Origin: Gemmatimonadaceae bacterium | Lineage (GTDB): Bacteria > Gemmatimonadota > Gemmatimonadetes > Gemmatimonadales > Gemmatimonadaceae | NCBI GenBank assembly: GCA_033763905.1 | Contig: JANRJP010000044.1 | Coordinates: 15,437 to 79,436 of the forward strand | Direction of reading: 5' to 3' | Length of the DNA: 64,000 nucleotides | Shown: in pieces, positions 1 to 10,341 of the stretch | Layout of the letters: each line of letters begins with the position of its first letter | Numbering within the stretch: position 1 is the stretch's first letter | Made by a program: the position numbers and the translations under genes | The notes under the pieces: model-generated | The model's database searches: none | What the model was told of the DNA's origin: nothing | Seen by the model: the letters and a program-made list of their open reading frames with translations, nothing else

Positions 1-1427
1 GCCTCTGGCTGGCCGATCTGCAACTGGGGCTCGATACGCAGGCGGACCCGTCGCTGATCACGATCGCCACAGAAGGCGAAACCTACGGACACCATCATCG
101 CTCGGGCGAGATGGCGTTGGCGTGGCTGCTGCAAGAGGCCGCCGCCGATGAGCGGATGGCCGTGACGAACTTCGAAGCCGCGCTGCGGGACCGCCCGGCG
201 GTCGCCACCGCGCGACTGCTCGGCCCCTCGTCGTGGAGCTGCCCGCACGGCGTCGAGCGCTGGCGAGCCAACTGTGGATGCCGCACCGACGGCGGTCGAT
301 TGCCGCATCAGCAATGGCGCGCCACGCTCCGCGCGGCGTTGGTCAATCTGTCGGAGGCCTTGGGGACGCGCTTCGAGACCGAAGGGCACGCGCACCTCGT
401 CGATGCGTGGGCCGCCCGCGACGCCTACGGCGGCCTCTTCGGCTTGCGAGATGACGACCGCCGTGCTGCGCTCGCCGCGCAGTGTCGGCCGGGCACGAGC
501 GCCGCCGATGTGGAGCGCGCCGGGGAACTGCTCGAGATGCAGCGCAACGTGCTGCGCGCCTTCTCGTCGACGGCGTGGTTCGGGGATGATCTGGGCGCCC
601 CGGAGGTGGCACAGGTCCTTCGTTACGCGGCACGCGCGCTGGACCTGGCGGGCCCCTCGGCGGGGAGTGACGAGCTCGAGCACGAGATCCGCGCGATGCT
701 GCGCGAGGCGCGCAGCCTCGATGCGTCGATCGGCAGCGGCGAGGATATCTGGGTGCGTCGCGTGCGCCCCATCATTCCTCCGATGACACGGCTCGCCGCC
801 GGTGCGGCGGCAGCGCAGGCACTCGTGCCACAGTGGGAAGCCCCCTCGTCTCACGCCTTCCACATCGCGGTCCGCGGCGATCGGGTCGAGCTGGTCAATC
901 GTCGAACGGGGCGTAGCCAGTTCTTCGACGTCACGGTGCAACGCGACCAGCCAGCGGAAGTTCGCACGTTCGTGCGTCCTCGGCCGGATCTCGAGCGGCA
1001 TCCCGACAGCGGCATTCGCATCGCCGGCTTGGTCCCGGTGTCGATTGACGACTTCCCGGAGCGGGAGGCCGAGGCCGTGCGGGACGGCGTCCGCCGCATC
1101 CGGCGGCACGAACTCGCGCGCCGCCTGTTCGGTGAGCCGCGGCTGGCCGCGCTGGCCGATGGCAACACGACGCTCGCCGATCTCGCGGTCGAGGCGCTGC
1201 TGGATGCGGTGCAGCGGCTCGGCGAGAAGGCCGCGACGGTGCGGGTCGCCCGCGCGCTCGATCTGCTCGAATTGCTCGAGTTGATGGGCTTGGATGTGCC
1301 ATTCGACGCGCAGACGGCCTTCGCGCGCGAGCTGTCGGCACTGCCGCGGCGGCAGCGGGACGAGCTACGGCCACTCGCGACGCGTCTGGGATTTGGCGAC
1401 GAGATTCTCTCGGTGGAGATGCTCTGA
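1..1427 (+). CDS. GH57 / DUF3536 domain protein (5'-partial)
   Basis: Frame is open from the window edge. It has IATEGETYGHH..GEMALA, SWSCPHGVERWRANCGC, QQWRATLR and LLEMQR..FSSTAWF motifs typical of DUF3536-type GH57 proteins. Confidence 0.8.
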   Translation, partial: LWLADLQLGLDTQADPSLITIATEGETYGHHHRSGEMALAWLLQEAAADERMAVTNFEAALRDRPAVATARLLGPSSWSCPHGVERWRANCGCRTDGGRLPHQQWRATLRAALVNLSEALGTRFETEGHAHLVDAWAARDAYGGLFGLRDDDRRAALAAQCRPGTSAADVERAGELLEMQRNVLRAFSSTAWFGDDLGAPEVAQVLRYAARALDLAGPSAGSDELEHEIRAMLREARSLDASIGSGEDIWVRRVRPIIPPMTRLAAGAAAAQALVPQWEAPSSHAFHIAVRGDRVELVNRRTGRSQFFDVTVQRDQPAEVRTFVRPRPDLERHPDSGIRIAGLVPVSIDDFPEREAEAVRDGVRRIRRHELARRLFGEPRLAALADGNTTLADLAVEALLDAVQRLGEKAATVRVARALDLLELLELMGLDVPFDAQTAFARELSALPRRQRDELRPLATRLGFGDEILSVEML

Positions 1428-2650
1428 TGGGACTCGTGCTCTTCGTCACGCCGCACTTCTCCGAGACGTTCTCGCGGATGCTCGCAGGCATCGGCGCCAT
1501 TCCGGGCGTCACGCTTGGCGTCATCACGCACGCGCCTGCCGAGGATGCCCCCGCGCCGGTGCGCGACGTGATGCGCTTCCATTGGAAGGTCGCCGACATC
1601 TTGAATCCGGCACAGATCGTGTGGGGCGCGGAAGGCATCGCGTCGCAGGCCGGGATGCCGATCCACCGGCTGTTCGGCTCGCTGGAGCAGGCGCAGGTGC
1701 CCATTGCCGAGGCGCGCGAGCGACTCGGGGTCGGTGGAATGTCGGCGGCGGCCACGCGCAACTTCCGCGACAAGGCCGAGATGAAGCGCGTGCTGCGCGC
1801 CAACGGAATTCCCTGTGCGCGGCACGCCTTGGCGACGACCCTCGCGGACGTCGACGCGGCGGTGGCCACCACCGGCTTCCCACTGGTGGTCAAGCCGCCG
1901 GCGGGTGCGGGCTCCATCGCGACCTTTCGGGTGAACGACCGCGACCAGTTGGCGTCCGTCCTCGCGAACTACCCCCCGTCACTCGAGCATCCCCTGCTCT
2001 TCGAGGAATTCGTGCAGGGGGAGGAGCATTCCCTCGAGACGATCTCGATCGCGGGCGTGCCGGTGTGGCACTCGTTGACGCACTATCGGCCGACGCCGCT
2101 GGACGTCGTCAGGCACCCGTGGATTCAGTGGTGCATCACCTTGCCGCGCGAGGTCGACGACCCGCGATACGACGACATCAAGCGGGCGGCGGCCGGCGGC
2201 TTGGCGGCGCTCGGGATGGGCACTGGGCTGTCGCATATGGAATGGTTCCGCCGCGCCGACGGCACGGTCGCGATCGGCGAAGTCGGCGCACGCCCGCCCG
2301 GTGCGCAGATTACGACGATGATCTCGCGCGCGAATGACATCGACTTCGTGCGGGCGTGGGCCGAGGTGATGGTGCACGGCCGCTTCGTACCACCGGTGCG
2401 GAAGTACGCCGTCGGCGCGGCCTTCCTGCGCGGCCAAGGGAGCGGTCGCGTACGCGCGGTGCACGGACTCGAAACCGTGGCGCGCGAAGTCGGTGCGCTG
2501 GTGTGCGACTGGCGGCTGCCGCAGGTCGGACAACTCCCCACCGGCAGTTACGAAGGCGAGGGCTACATCCTCGTCCGGCATCCCGAGACGTCGGTCGTCG
2601 AGGACGCGCTCAATAGGATTGTCTCGCGCATCCGCGTCGAGCTCGGCTGA
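1427..2650 (+). CDS. ATP-grasp domain protein
   Basis: FRDKAEMK, PLVVKPPAGAGS, EEFVQGEEHS, HMEWF and EVGARPPG motifs. Start overlaps the upstream stop. Confidence 0.85.
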   Translation: MGLVLFVTPHFSETFSRMLAGIGAIPGVTLGVITHAPAEDAPAPVRDVMRFHWKVADILNPAQIVWGAEGIASQAGMPIHRLFGSLEQAQVPIAEARERLGVGGMSAAATRNFRDKAEMKRVLRANGIPCARHALATTLADVDAAVATTGFPLVVKPPAGAGSIATFRVNDRDQLASVLANYPPSLEHPLLFEEFVQGEEHSLETISIAGVPVWHSLTHYRPTPLDVVRHPWIQWCITLPREVDDPRYDDIKRAAAGGLAALGMGTGLSHMEWFRRADGTVAIGEVGARPPGAQITTMISRANDIDFVRAWAEVMVHGRFVPPVRKYAVGAAFLRGQGSGRVRAVHGLETVAREVGALVCDWRLPQVGQLPTGSYEGEGYILVRHPETSVVEDALNRIVSRIRVELG

Positions 2651-2679
2651 TCCTGCACGATTCCACCCGCGAGGTTCCC

Positions 2680-3900
2680 GTGAACGTCCTCTTCATCTCC
2701 CCGGGCTATCCCCCGGAAATGCCCCACTTCGTGCGCGGATTCGCCGAGCAGGGGGCGTCGATCATCGGCATCAGCGACACGCCGTACGAGCAGATTCCCG
2801 AGCACTCGCGACGGCACCTGTCGCGCTACCTGCGTGTCCCGACGCTGACCAACGAAGCCGAGGCGGTCGCGGCCGTGCGTGACGCGATCCCGCCGGGCCT
2901 CATCGACCGCGTAGTCTGTCTGTGGGAGCCCGGCGTTGTCCTCGCGGCGCGGCTGCGCGAAGCGCTCGGCGTCCCGGGGCAGCGTGTGGAACAGGCGATC
3001 GCGTTCCGCGACAAGGATGTGATGAAGCAGGTCATCCGCGCGGCGGGGCTTCGTACGGCCAAGTCCGCGCGCGCGAGCACCAGCGCCGAAGTCGTCGCGG
3101 CGTGCGAGGCCTTCGGCTTCCCGGTCGTGATCAAGCCGATCGACGGCGCGGGGTCGATGGACACGTTCAAGATCGCCGACGCGGCCGAACTGCCGGCTGC
3201 CCTCGAGCGGCTGCGCCACGTGCCGACGGTGAACGTCGAGGAATTCATCGACGGTGAGGAGTACCACTTCGACACCATCTGCGCCGACGGAAAGATCCTC
3301 TACTACCATATGGGATACTACCGGCCGAAGCCGATCATCTCCCGGCACGCCGAGTGGATTTCGCCACAGACGCTGTCGCTGCGCGATGTCGATGCGCCAG
3401 CGCTGCAGCCCGGCATTGCGCTGGGCAAGGCGGTGCTCGAGGCGATGCAGTTCACCACGGGCTTCACCCATATGGAGTGGTTCCTGACGTCTAAGGGTGA
3501 AGCCATCTTCAGCGAGATTGCCGCCCGCCCGCCGGGAGCGAATACGGTGGACCTGATGAACTTCGGGTCCGACATCGACGTCTTCCGCGGCTACGCCGAA
3601 GCCGAGGTCCACGGGACCTTCTCGCAGCCGGTGGTCCGCAAGTACAATGCGATCAACATCTTCAAGCGCGCACAGGGTCCGGGGCGCATCACGCGAATCG
3701 AGGGGATGGCCGGGTTGATGCAGCGATACGGAGAGCACGTGGTGCACGTCGATCTGCTGCCCATTGGGGCTCCCCGTCGCAATTGGATCCAGACGCTGCT
3801 GTCGGACGGCTACGTCGTGATCCGTCATCCCGACTATGCGAAGGCCTGCGAGATCGCCGATGCGTTCGGCACCGACCTGCAGCTGTACGCTGGCGGGTGA
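2680..3900 (+). CDS. ATP-grasp domain protein (paralog of the upstream gene)
   Basis: FRDKDVMK, PVVIKPIDGAGS, EEFIDGEE, HMEWF and EIAARPPG motifs. Confidence 0.85.
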   Translation: MNVLFISPGYPPEMPHFVRGFAEQGASIIGISDTPYEQIPEHSRRHLSRYLRVPTLTNEAEAVAAVRDAIPPGLIDRVVCLWEPGVVLAARLREALGVPGQRVEQAIAFRDKDVMKQVIRAAGLRTAKSARASTSAEVVAACEAFGFPVVIKPIDGAGSMDTFKIADAAELPAALERLRHVPTVNVEEFIDGEEYHFDTICADGKILYYHMGYYRPKPIISRHAEWISPQTLSLRDVDAPALQPGIALGKAVLEAMQFTTGFTHMEWFLTSKGEAIFSEIAARPPGANTVDLMNFGSDIDVFRGYAEAEVHGTFSQPVVRKYNAINIFKRAQGPGRITRIEGMAGLMQRYGEHVVHVDLLPIGAPRRNWIQTLLSDGYVVIRHPDYAKACEIADAFGTDLQLYAGG

Positions 3901-3920
3901 CGGGCGCTCCATCGGTGGCG

Positions 3921-4703
3921 ATGCGTTTTTCGCGGCGTGCTCCGCGTCGCGGACGGGTTGAGCTCGTCTCCGGGATCTACTCCCCGGGCTTGGGCAACAC
4001 GCGTGATCTGCACGTCTACCTGCCGCCGTCGTACGACGATTCGCCCGATGCGCGCTACCCGGTGGTCTACCTGCACGACGGGCAGAATCTGTTCGATGAT
4101 CGCCTGTCGTTTGCCGGCTCCTGGCGCGCGGCGGCGGCGGCGGACGCGGCCGCGCGACTGGGCCACGAAGCCATTCTGGTGGGCATCTCGAACTCTGCCG
4201 ACGGCCGCATTGGCGAATACACCCCCTTCCGGGATCGCCGCGTCGGCGGGGGCAACGCCGACCGGTACCTGCTGTTCGTGATCCGCACCGTGAAGCCGCG
4301 CATCGATGCACTGTTCCGGACCCGTGGCGACCGCGAGCACACGATGCTCGGGGGCTCGAGCCTGGGGGGACTGGTGTCGCTGTACGGGTTCTTCCGGTTT
4401 CCCGAGTACTTCGGGGGCGCCTCGGTCCAGAGCCCTTCCCTCTGGTTCGCCGATGGTGCCATCTTCGACTATGTCGCCGCCGCCCCCTATACGCCGGGCC
4501 GCATCTTTCTGGATGTCGGCTGCCAGGAAGGCGAGGGGACGTTGCGCAATGCCCGCCGGATGCGTGAGATGCTGCTCTCGAAGGGCTATGAGACCGGCCG
4601 GACGCTCCGCTGGGTCGAAGATCGCACGGGCAAGCACCACGAATCCGCGTGGGGACGCCGCTTGAAGCGCGCGCTCCCCTTTCTGTTAACCGAGCTGCCG
4701 TAA
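3921..4703 (+). CDS. Putative esterase, alpha/beta hydrolase fold
   Basis: VYLPPSY, YPVVYLHDGQNLF, nucleophile elbow GSSLGG and C-terminal HHESAW. Start is uncertain (GTG 3897 or ATG 3921). Confidence 0.8.
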   Translation: MRFSRRAPRRGRVELVSGIYSPGLGNTRDLHVYLPPSYDDSPDARYPVVYLHDGQNLFDDRLSFAGSWRAAAAADAAARLGHEAILVGISNSADGRIGEYTPFRDRRVGGGNADRYLLFVIRTVKPRIDALFRTRGDREHTMLGGSSLGGLVSLYGFFRFPEYFGGASVQSPSLWFADGAIFDYVAAAPYTPGRIFLDVGCQEGEGTLRNARRMREMLLSKGYETGRTLRWVEDRTGKHHESAWGRRLKRALPFLLTELP

Positions 4704-4731
4704 TGGCTCCCCGATTCCCGAGCACTTCCTG

Positions 4732-5463
4732 ATGAGCACGCGTGTGCAGGGCCATCATCACGTGTGGCACTCGCCGAGCGTCGGTCGACCGATGCACGTG
4801 CGGTGGTTCGGCTGGGGCGGCGCCCGCGTGCTGGCGTTCCCCACCACGATGGGCGACCACAACGAGTGGCCGAACCGCTATATGCCCGACGTGCTGCGCG
4901 AGCACATCGACCGTGGGTGGATCACGCTGTTCACGCTCGACGCGAATCACGACTGGGCCTGGTACAACAAGGGCATTCATCCGAGGGACCGCGCGGCGCA
5001 TCAGCGCCGGTACGATGCCTACCTGCTGCACGAGTTGCTCCCGTTCACCGAGCACGTCAATCAGAACCCCTTCGTGATCGCGACCGGAGCCAGCTTCGGG
5101 GCGTACCACGCGCTCACCTTCGCGCTGCGCAATCCGCACCACGTGCACCGCGTGATCGGGATGAGCGGCAGCTACGACATTCGCGGAATGACCGGCGGGT
5201 ACACCGACGACCTGGTGCACAGCGTCAACCCGCCGCAGTTCATCGCCAGCGAATGGGACCAGCAGCGGCTCGACGCGATGCGCCGGATGGACATCATTCT
5301 CGCCATTGGCGAGGGCGACCCGTCGATTGGCGACAATCGGGCGCTCTCGGGCATTCTGTGGCAGAAGGGGATCGGCAACGCCCTGCGCGAATGGCACGGC
5401 TTCGCCCACGACTGGCCGTGGTGGGAACAGATGATTCAGCTGTATATCGGCGGACACGACTGA
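4732..5463 (+). CDS. Esterase family protein, alpha/beta hydrolase fold
   Basis: GASFGAYHA elbow, MSGSYD and C-terminal AHDWPWW. Confidence 0.8.
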   Translation: MSTRVQGHHHVWHSPSVGRPMHVRWFGWGGARVLAFPTTMGDHNEWPNRYMPDVLREHIDRGWITLFTLDANHDWAWYNKGIHPRDRAAHQRRYDAYLLHELLPFTEHVNQNPFVIATGASFGAYHALTFALRNPHHVHRVIGMSGSYDIRGMTGGYTDDLVHSVNPPQFIASEWDQQRLDAMRRMDIILAIGEGDPSIGDNRALSGILWQKGIGNALREWHGFAHDWPWWEQMIQLYIGGHD

Positions 5464-5473
5464 GAGGACCCAG

Positions 5474-6424
5474 ATGACATCCCGCAACGCCCCGCGTCGC
5501 ATCGGCCTGATCGTCGGCCGCGAATGGTCGTTCCCGCCCAAGTTCATCGAGGCGGTCAATCGTCGCGACCAAGGCGTCATCGCCGAGTTCGCCACCATCG
5601 GCGGCACCCACCACGACGACGCGGTCCCCTACGATGTCCTGATCGACCGCATCTCGCACGAAGTCCCGACCTACCGCAGCTACCTCAAGCACGCGGTGCT
5701 CCAGGGCGCGACGGTCATCAACAATCCCTTTATGTGGACCGCCGACGACAAGTTCTTCGGCGCATCGCTGATCCGGAAACTCGGCGTCGTCTCGCCGCGC
5801 ACCGTGCTGCTGCCGAACAAGGAGTACGTGCCCGGCATCGTCCCCAGCGAGTCCCTGCGCAATCTCCAGTACCCACTCGACTGGCGTGGCATCGTCGACT
5901 GGGTCGGGATGCCCTGCATCCTCAAGGACGCCCACGGTGGTGGCTGGAAGGAGGTCTACGTCTGCCACTCGATGGACGAGCTGATTCACCACTACAACGG
6001 CTCCGGCCTCCTGACGATGATCGTGCAGGAGTTCATCCAGTTCGAGCAGTTCGTGCGCTGCATCTGCCTCGGCCAGGACGAAGTGCTCGTGATTCGCTAC
6101 GACCCGCGCGAGCGCCGCTATCACGTCGATCCCGACTATCTCACGCCGGCCCTGCACGCGCGGGTGGTCAAGGACTGCCGCACCATCGTCCGCGCGCTGG
6201 GCTACGATATGAACTCGATCGAGTTCGCGATCAAGGACGGTATTCCGTACGCGATCGACTTCATGAATCCGGCGCCGGACTTCGACATCAATTCGCTGAC
6301 CCCGCCGTACTTCGACTGGGTGGTCGAACAGATGGCGGAGCTGACGATCCGACTGGCCAAGGCCCCGCGCAAGCAGGCGGAGGCGCTGGGCTGGGCCGAC
6401 GCCTTCACGGCCTCCCGCGGGTGA
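5474..6424 (+). CDS. RimK/glutathione synthase-like ATP-grasp ligase
   Basis: IDRISH, VINNPF..ADDKF, ILKDAHGGGWK, QEFI and IDFMNPAPD motifs. Confidence 0.8.
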   Translation: MTSRNAPRRIGLIVGREWSFPPKFIEAVNRRDQGVIAEFATIGGTHHDDAVPYDVLIDRISHEVPTYRSYLKHAVLQGATVINNPFMWTADDKFFGASLIRKLGVVSPRTVLLPNKEYVPGIVPSESLRNLQYPLDWRGIVDWVGMPCILKDAHGGGWKEVYVCHSMDELIHHYNGSGLLTMIVQEFIQFEQFVRCICLGQDEVLVIRYDPRERRYHVDPDYLTPALHARVVKDCRTIVRALGYDMNSIEFAIKDGIPYAIDFMNPAPDFDINSLTPPYFDWVVEQMAELTIRLAKAPRKQAEALGWADAFTASRG

Positions 6425-7794
6425 CCGCCGCCACGACGTCACGCGACGCGGCCGCCGCGTGGCACGCGCAGCTCGACGTCAGTCCTGACCTCGCGGAAGC
6501 GTCGTGGACGGCACTCGAGGCCGGCCTGCGTCGCGCGGATCTGCACTTCGGCCATCGAGCGCTCTGCACCGTCCTGCGCCCGCGGCTGATGACGCCGGCC
6601 GAGTACCATCGGCTGAGCGATCAGATGGCTGCGGTGATGCGGGCGTTCGGCACGGCCTACGCGCGCGCGATTGCCGATCCTGCCGCACGCGCCCAGTTCC
6701 GCCTGACCGACTGGGAAGAATCCCTCATCGCAGACGACCGAAGCGCTGTCCCGCCGAGTCCCCACTCGCGAATGGACACGTTCGTGCTCCCGGACAACGG
6801 GGCGTTGCAGATCACGGAATACAACGGCGAGACGCCGGCGGGGCCGTTCTTCAACGACGCCCTCACCGAGGCGTTTGCCACGCTGCCGATCACGCGCGCG
6901 TTCAGTGCCGACTGGCGGCTCACGCCGATCCCCTCACGCCACGGCGTCGTCCGCGTGCTCTTGGACGCGTGGGAGGCCTTCAGCGGCAGCCGCCGCCGTC
7001 CGCACCTGGCCATTCTCGACTGGGACGGCGTCTCCACCGCCGTGGAATTCCAGTTGGCGCAGCAGGTGTTTGCCGCGCAGGGCCTCACCTGCGACATCGG
7101 CGATCCCCGCGAGTGCACGTATGATGGCGGCGTGCTGCGCCTGCGGGGGACCCCCGTGGATCTGGTGTACAAGCGCGTCTTGATCGACGAACTAGTGCTG
7201 CGAGAGGGGCTGGATTCCCCGGTGGTCCGCGCGGTGCGCGATCGCGCGGTGTGTTTCCTGAACGGCTTTCGTTCGAAGATTCTCCACAAGAAGGCGTCGC
7301 TCGCCGTGCTGAGCGACGAACGCAATGCGGATTGGTTCGACGCGACCGCAACCGCTGCGATTCGGGCACAGATCCCCTGGACGCGCGTCGTCGAGCCGCG
7401 CCAGACGGTGAATGCGTCGGGTGAGGCCATTGACCTGCTGCCGTGGGCGGCGGCGAACCGCGCGCACCTCGTGCTCAAGCCGAACGATGCCTACGGCGGG
7501 GCGGGCATCGTGCTGGGCTGGACGGTCACCGACGCCGAATGGCAGTCCGCGCTCGCGCACGCCGTGACCGAACCGTTCATCGTGCAGGAGCGAGTCCCGA
7601 TCCCCAAGGATGCGTATCCGAGCTGGGATGCGGGCCGAGTGGTGTTCGCCGATCGCCAGGTCGATACCGCGCCCTTCCTGTGCCACAGTGCCGCCGTAGA
7701 AGGCGTGTTGACGCGCCTCTCGACGGCCGAGTTGCTCAATGTGACAGCGGGGGGCGGCAGCCAGACGCCCACCGTCCTCGTGGAACGTCGTTGA
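6421..7794 (+). CDS. Circularly permuted (type 2) ATP-grasp amide ligase
   Basis: [46 protein letters not shown] and LLNVTAGGG motifs. The GTG start overlaps the upstream TGA. Confidence 0.8.
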   Translation: MTAATTSRDAAAAWHAQLDVSPDLAEASWTALEAGLRRADLHFGHRALCTVLRPRLMTPAEYHRLSDQMAAVMRAFGTAYARAIADPAARAQFRLTDWEESLIADDRSAVPPSPHSRMDTFVLPDNGALQITEYNGETPAGPFFNDALTEAFATLPITRAFSADWRLTPIPSRHGVVRVLLDAWEAFSGSRRRPHLAILDWDGVSTAVEFQLAQQVFAAQGLTCDIGDPRECTYDGGVLRLRGTPVDLVYKRVLIDELVLREGLDSPVVRAVRDRAVCFLNGFRSKILHKKASLAVLSDERNADWFDATATAAIRAQIPWTRVVEPRQTVNASGEAIDLLPWAAANRAHLVLKPNDAYGGAGIVLGWTVTDAEWQSALAHAVTEPFIVQERVPIPKDAYPSWDAGRVVFADRQVDTAPFLCHSAAVEGVLTRLSTAELLNVTAGGGSQTPTVLVERR

Positions 7795-7813
7795 CCCTGA
7801 ACCGGACCGCGGA

Positions 7814-8923
7814 ATGATGAAGCCCCCGTCGTTGACGATCGGCGTAGAGGAAGAGTACCAAATCATCGATCCGCAGACCCGCGAGCTCAAGGCGTACATC
7901 ACCGAGATTCTGGAGGCTGATCATCTGGTGTTGCGCCAGGTGAAGCCCGAACTGCACCAGTCGATCGTCGAGGTCGGTACGACGGTGTGCCACACGCCGG
8001 CGGAAGTCCGTGAGCAGCTCATCACCCTACGCCGCGGCGTGATGGAGCTCGCGAGCCGCAAAGGACTCAAGATCGCGGCGGCCGGCACCCACCCCTTCTC
8101 GCACTGGAAGGATCAGGCGATCACGCCGCTCGAACGCTACGTCGGCACGCGCGAGGCGATGCAGCAGCTCGCCGAGCAGCTACTGATCTTCGGCACGCAC
8201 GTGCACATCGGCATCGAGGACAAGGACTTTCTGATCGATGCCGCCAACGTGGCACGCTACGTCCTGCCGCACCTGCTCTGCCTGTCGACGTCATCGCCCT
8301 TCTGGATCGGACGCAATACCGGCCTCAAGTCGTATCGCTCGGTCGTGTTCCGATCGTTTCCGCGCTCCGGCGTGCCGAGCATCATTCCGAGCTGGGCCGA
8401 TTTCCAGTCGTACCTGGGCACGCTGATCACGACCGGCTGCATTCCCGATGGCTCGAAGATCTGGTGGGATGTGCGCCCGCACCACCTGTACCCGACACTG
8501 GAGTTCCGCATCTGCGACGTCTGCACCCGGGTGGATGAAGCGGTGTGCATTGCCGCGATCGTGCAGGCGCTGGTCTTCAAGCTCTGGAAGATGCGCCGCG
8601 ACAATACCACGATGCGCGTCTATTCGTCGATGCTGATCGACGAGAACAAGTGGCGCGCGGTGCGCTACGGGCTCGACGGCAATCTGATCGACTTCGGCAA
8701 GCAGGTCGAGCTGCCCGCGCGGGTCCTGATTCGCGAGTTCATCGAGTGGTTCCTCGGCGACGTGCTCGACGAACTTGGCACGCGGAAGGAAGTCGAATAC
8801 GCCTTCACGATTCTCGAGCAGGGATCGAGCGCGGATCGCCAACTCAAGGTCTTCAAGGAGACCGGCGATCTCAAAGCGGTCGTGGACCACCTGATTCGCG
8901 AGACCGAAGAAGGCGTCCTCTGA
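7814..8923 (+). CDS. ybdK: Carboxylate-amine ligase, YbdK/GCS2 family
   Basis: [41 protein letters not shown] and [10 protein letters not shown] motifs. Confidence 0.88.
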   Translation: MMKPPSLTIGVEEEYQIIDPQTRELKAYITEILEADHLVLRQVKPELHQSIVEVGTTVCHTPAEVREQLITLRRGVMELASRKGLKIAAAGTHPFSHWKDQAITPLERYVGTREAMQQLAEQLLIFGTHVHIGIEDKDFLIDAANVARYVLPHLLCLSTSSPFWIGRNTGLKSYRSVVFRSFPRSGVPSIIPSWADFQSYLGTLITTGCIPDGSKIWWDVRPHHLYPTLEFRICDVCTRVDEAVCIAAIVQALVFKLWKMRRDNTTMRVYSSMLIDENKWRAVRYGLDGNLIDFGKQVELPARVLIREFIEWFLGDVLDELGTRKEVEYAFTILEQGSSADRQLKVFKETGDLKAVVDHLIRETEEGVL

Positions 8924-9002
8924 CGCCGGTTGCGTGACGGCGAACGCCGACGCTGTCGGCGTTTCCCTCTCGTTTTCGCGTCACGAATTCGTATCTTCCG
9001 GT

Positions 9003-9764
9003 ATGCCGGCGTATCGTCCTCTCATTGCCGTCACGACGCAGACGCTGCAGGCCATCGACGGAATTCCGGCGGGCCTGCCCTCCTCGGTCGTGATGAACCA
9101 GCGGTACTACGAGGCGCTGACCCTCGTGCGTGCCGTGCCGATTCTCGTGCCGCTGCTCGACGACGATGTCGAGACCTTGCGCGAGATCTTCGACCGCGTC
9201 GATGGTGTGATGATCCCCGGTGGGGTCGATATGGATCCCGCGACCTACGGCTCGGCGCCGCATCCGAAGCTCGGACGCATCGATCCGGCGCGCGACCGCA
9301 CCGAGTTGCTCTTCGCCAAGTGGGCCGTCGCCGAACGCAAGCCCTACTTGGGCCTGTGCCGCGGGGCGCAGGTGCTGAACGTGGCCCAGGGAGGCACGCT
9401 CTGGCAGGACCTCGAGGACGAGTATCCGAACGCGATCAAGCACGACTACTTCCCGACCTACGGCTTCGAGCGCGAGCATCTCGCGCACGAGGTGAGCATC
9501 ACGCAGGGCTCACGACTGCGCCACGCGGTGGAAGTGTCGTCGATGCCGGTGAACTCGATGCACCATCAGGGCCTGCGCACGCTGGGCGACGGCCTAGCGG
9601 GAACGGCGATCGCTCCGGACGGACTCATCGAGGCGATCGAGCTGATGGACGATGCGTTCATCGTGGGCGTGCAGTGGCATCCGGAGGTCTTCGAGTTGAC
9701 CGACCCCCACACGCGGCATCTGTTCCGCCAGTTCGTCGACGCGGCCGCGGCCTACCGGCGCTGA
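9003..9764 (+). CDS. Gamma-glutamyl hydrolase, PuuD-like (peptidase C26)
   Basis: PGGVDMDP, GLCRGAQ (catalytic Cys), VNSMHHQG and VQWHPE motifs. Confidence 0.88.
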   Translation: MPAYRPLIAVTTQTLQAIDGIPAGLPSSVVMNQRYYEALTLVRAVPILVPLLDDDVETLREIFDRVDGVMIPGGVDMDPATYGSAPHPKLGRIDPARDRTELLFAKWAVAERKPYLGLCRGAQVLNVAQGGTLWQDLEDEYPNAIKHDYFPTYGFEREHLAHEVSITQGSRLRHAVEVSSMPVNSMHHQGLRTLGDGLAGTAIAPDGLIEAIELMDDAFIVGVQWHPEVFELTDPHTRHLFRQFVDAAAAYRR

Positions 9765-10241
9765 CACACCCCCCGCGACGGCCACGTCGCGGGCCTTGGC
9801 ACGCCGGACCAGCGCCAGCGTGGCGCAGGCCGCCGCGGTGCTCAGCAGCACGAACGGCCCGCCGATGGCCGCGAGAATCTCGATCGTGCTGAGCGACGAT
9901 CCTGCGCGACTCGCGAGCCCCAGCGCCTCCAGCACAAACGGGGTGGCGAGCACGAGGAGGCCGCCACCAGCGCCCCACAGCGCGAGTCGCCGCAGCGACA
10001 GCTCGTGCACCCGGCGGCCGCGCTCGGCGATCCCGACCAGCGCCGAGAAGAACACGCCGGCGATGAAGCCGGGAATGGCGAGCGCCGGCAACGGCGCATC
10101 GAACACGCGGAAAAACGCGTCCCACGGCAACCAGGGGACGAGCCGACTCCCGACGCCGATCGCGACGCCGGCCAGCGCCCAGGCCACCGCCCAGGTCACG
10201 CCGATACCAACCGCCCCGCGAAGGCGCTTGAGCCAGCCCAT
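9594..10241 (-). CDS. Hypothetical membrane protein
   Basis: Begins MGWLKRLRGAVGIG and has about four hydrophobic segments. The 3' end runs antisense into the C26 gene, so the stop is uncertain. Confidence 0.55.
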   Translation of the reverse strand: MGWLKRLRGAVGIGVTWAVAWALAGVAIGVGSRLVPWLPWDAFFRVFDAPLPALAIPGFIAGVFFSALVGIAERGRRVHELSLRRLALWGAGGGLLVLATPFVLEALGLASRAGSSLSTIEILAAIGGPFVLLSTAAACATLALVRRAKARDVAVAGGVSAPVGRGRVDELAEQMPRVGVGQLEDLRMPLHAHDERIVHQLDRLDESVRSDRRSR

Positions 10242-10341
10242 CCCGGGAGTGTAGTCGCGCTGCGCCGTCGAAGGCACCCGGCTCCCGCTCGACAGCACCG
10301 TCGCCTCGCGCGATACTGGAAGGTCCTCACCCACGCGACCG

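Noticed and set aside
2563..5607. 1014-aa minus-strand ORF
   Set aside because: Antisense shadow of well-supported plus-strand genes with no motifs. Long shadow ORFs are expected at this GC content.
5524..6420. N-terminal 300 aa of the 756-aa ORF as a fusion
   Set aside because: It overlaps the RimK-like gene in another frame. The real gene most likely starts at GTG 6421.
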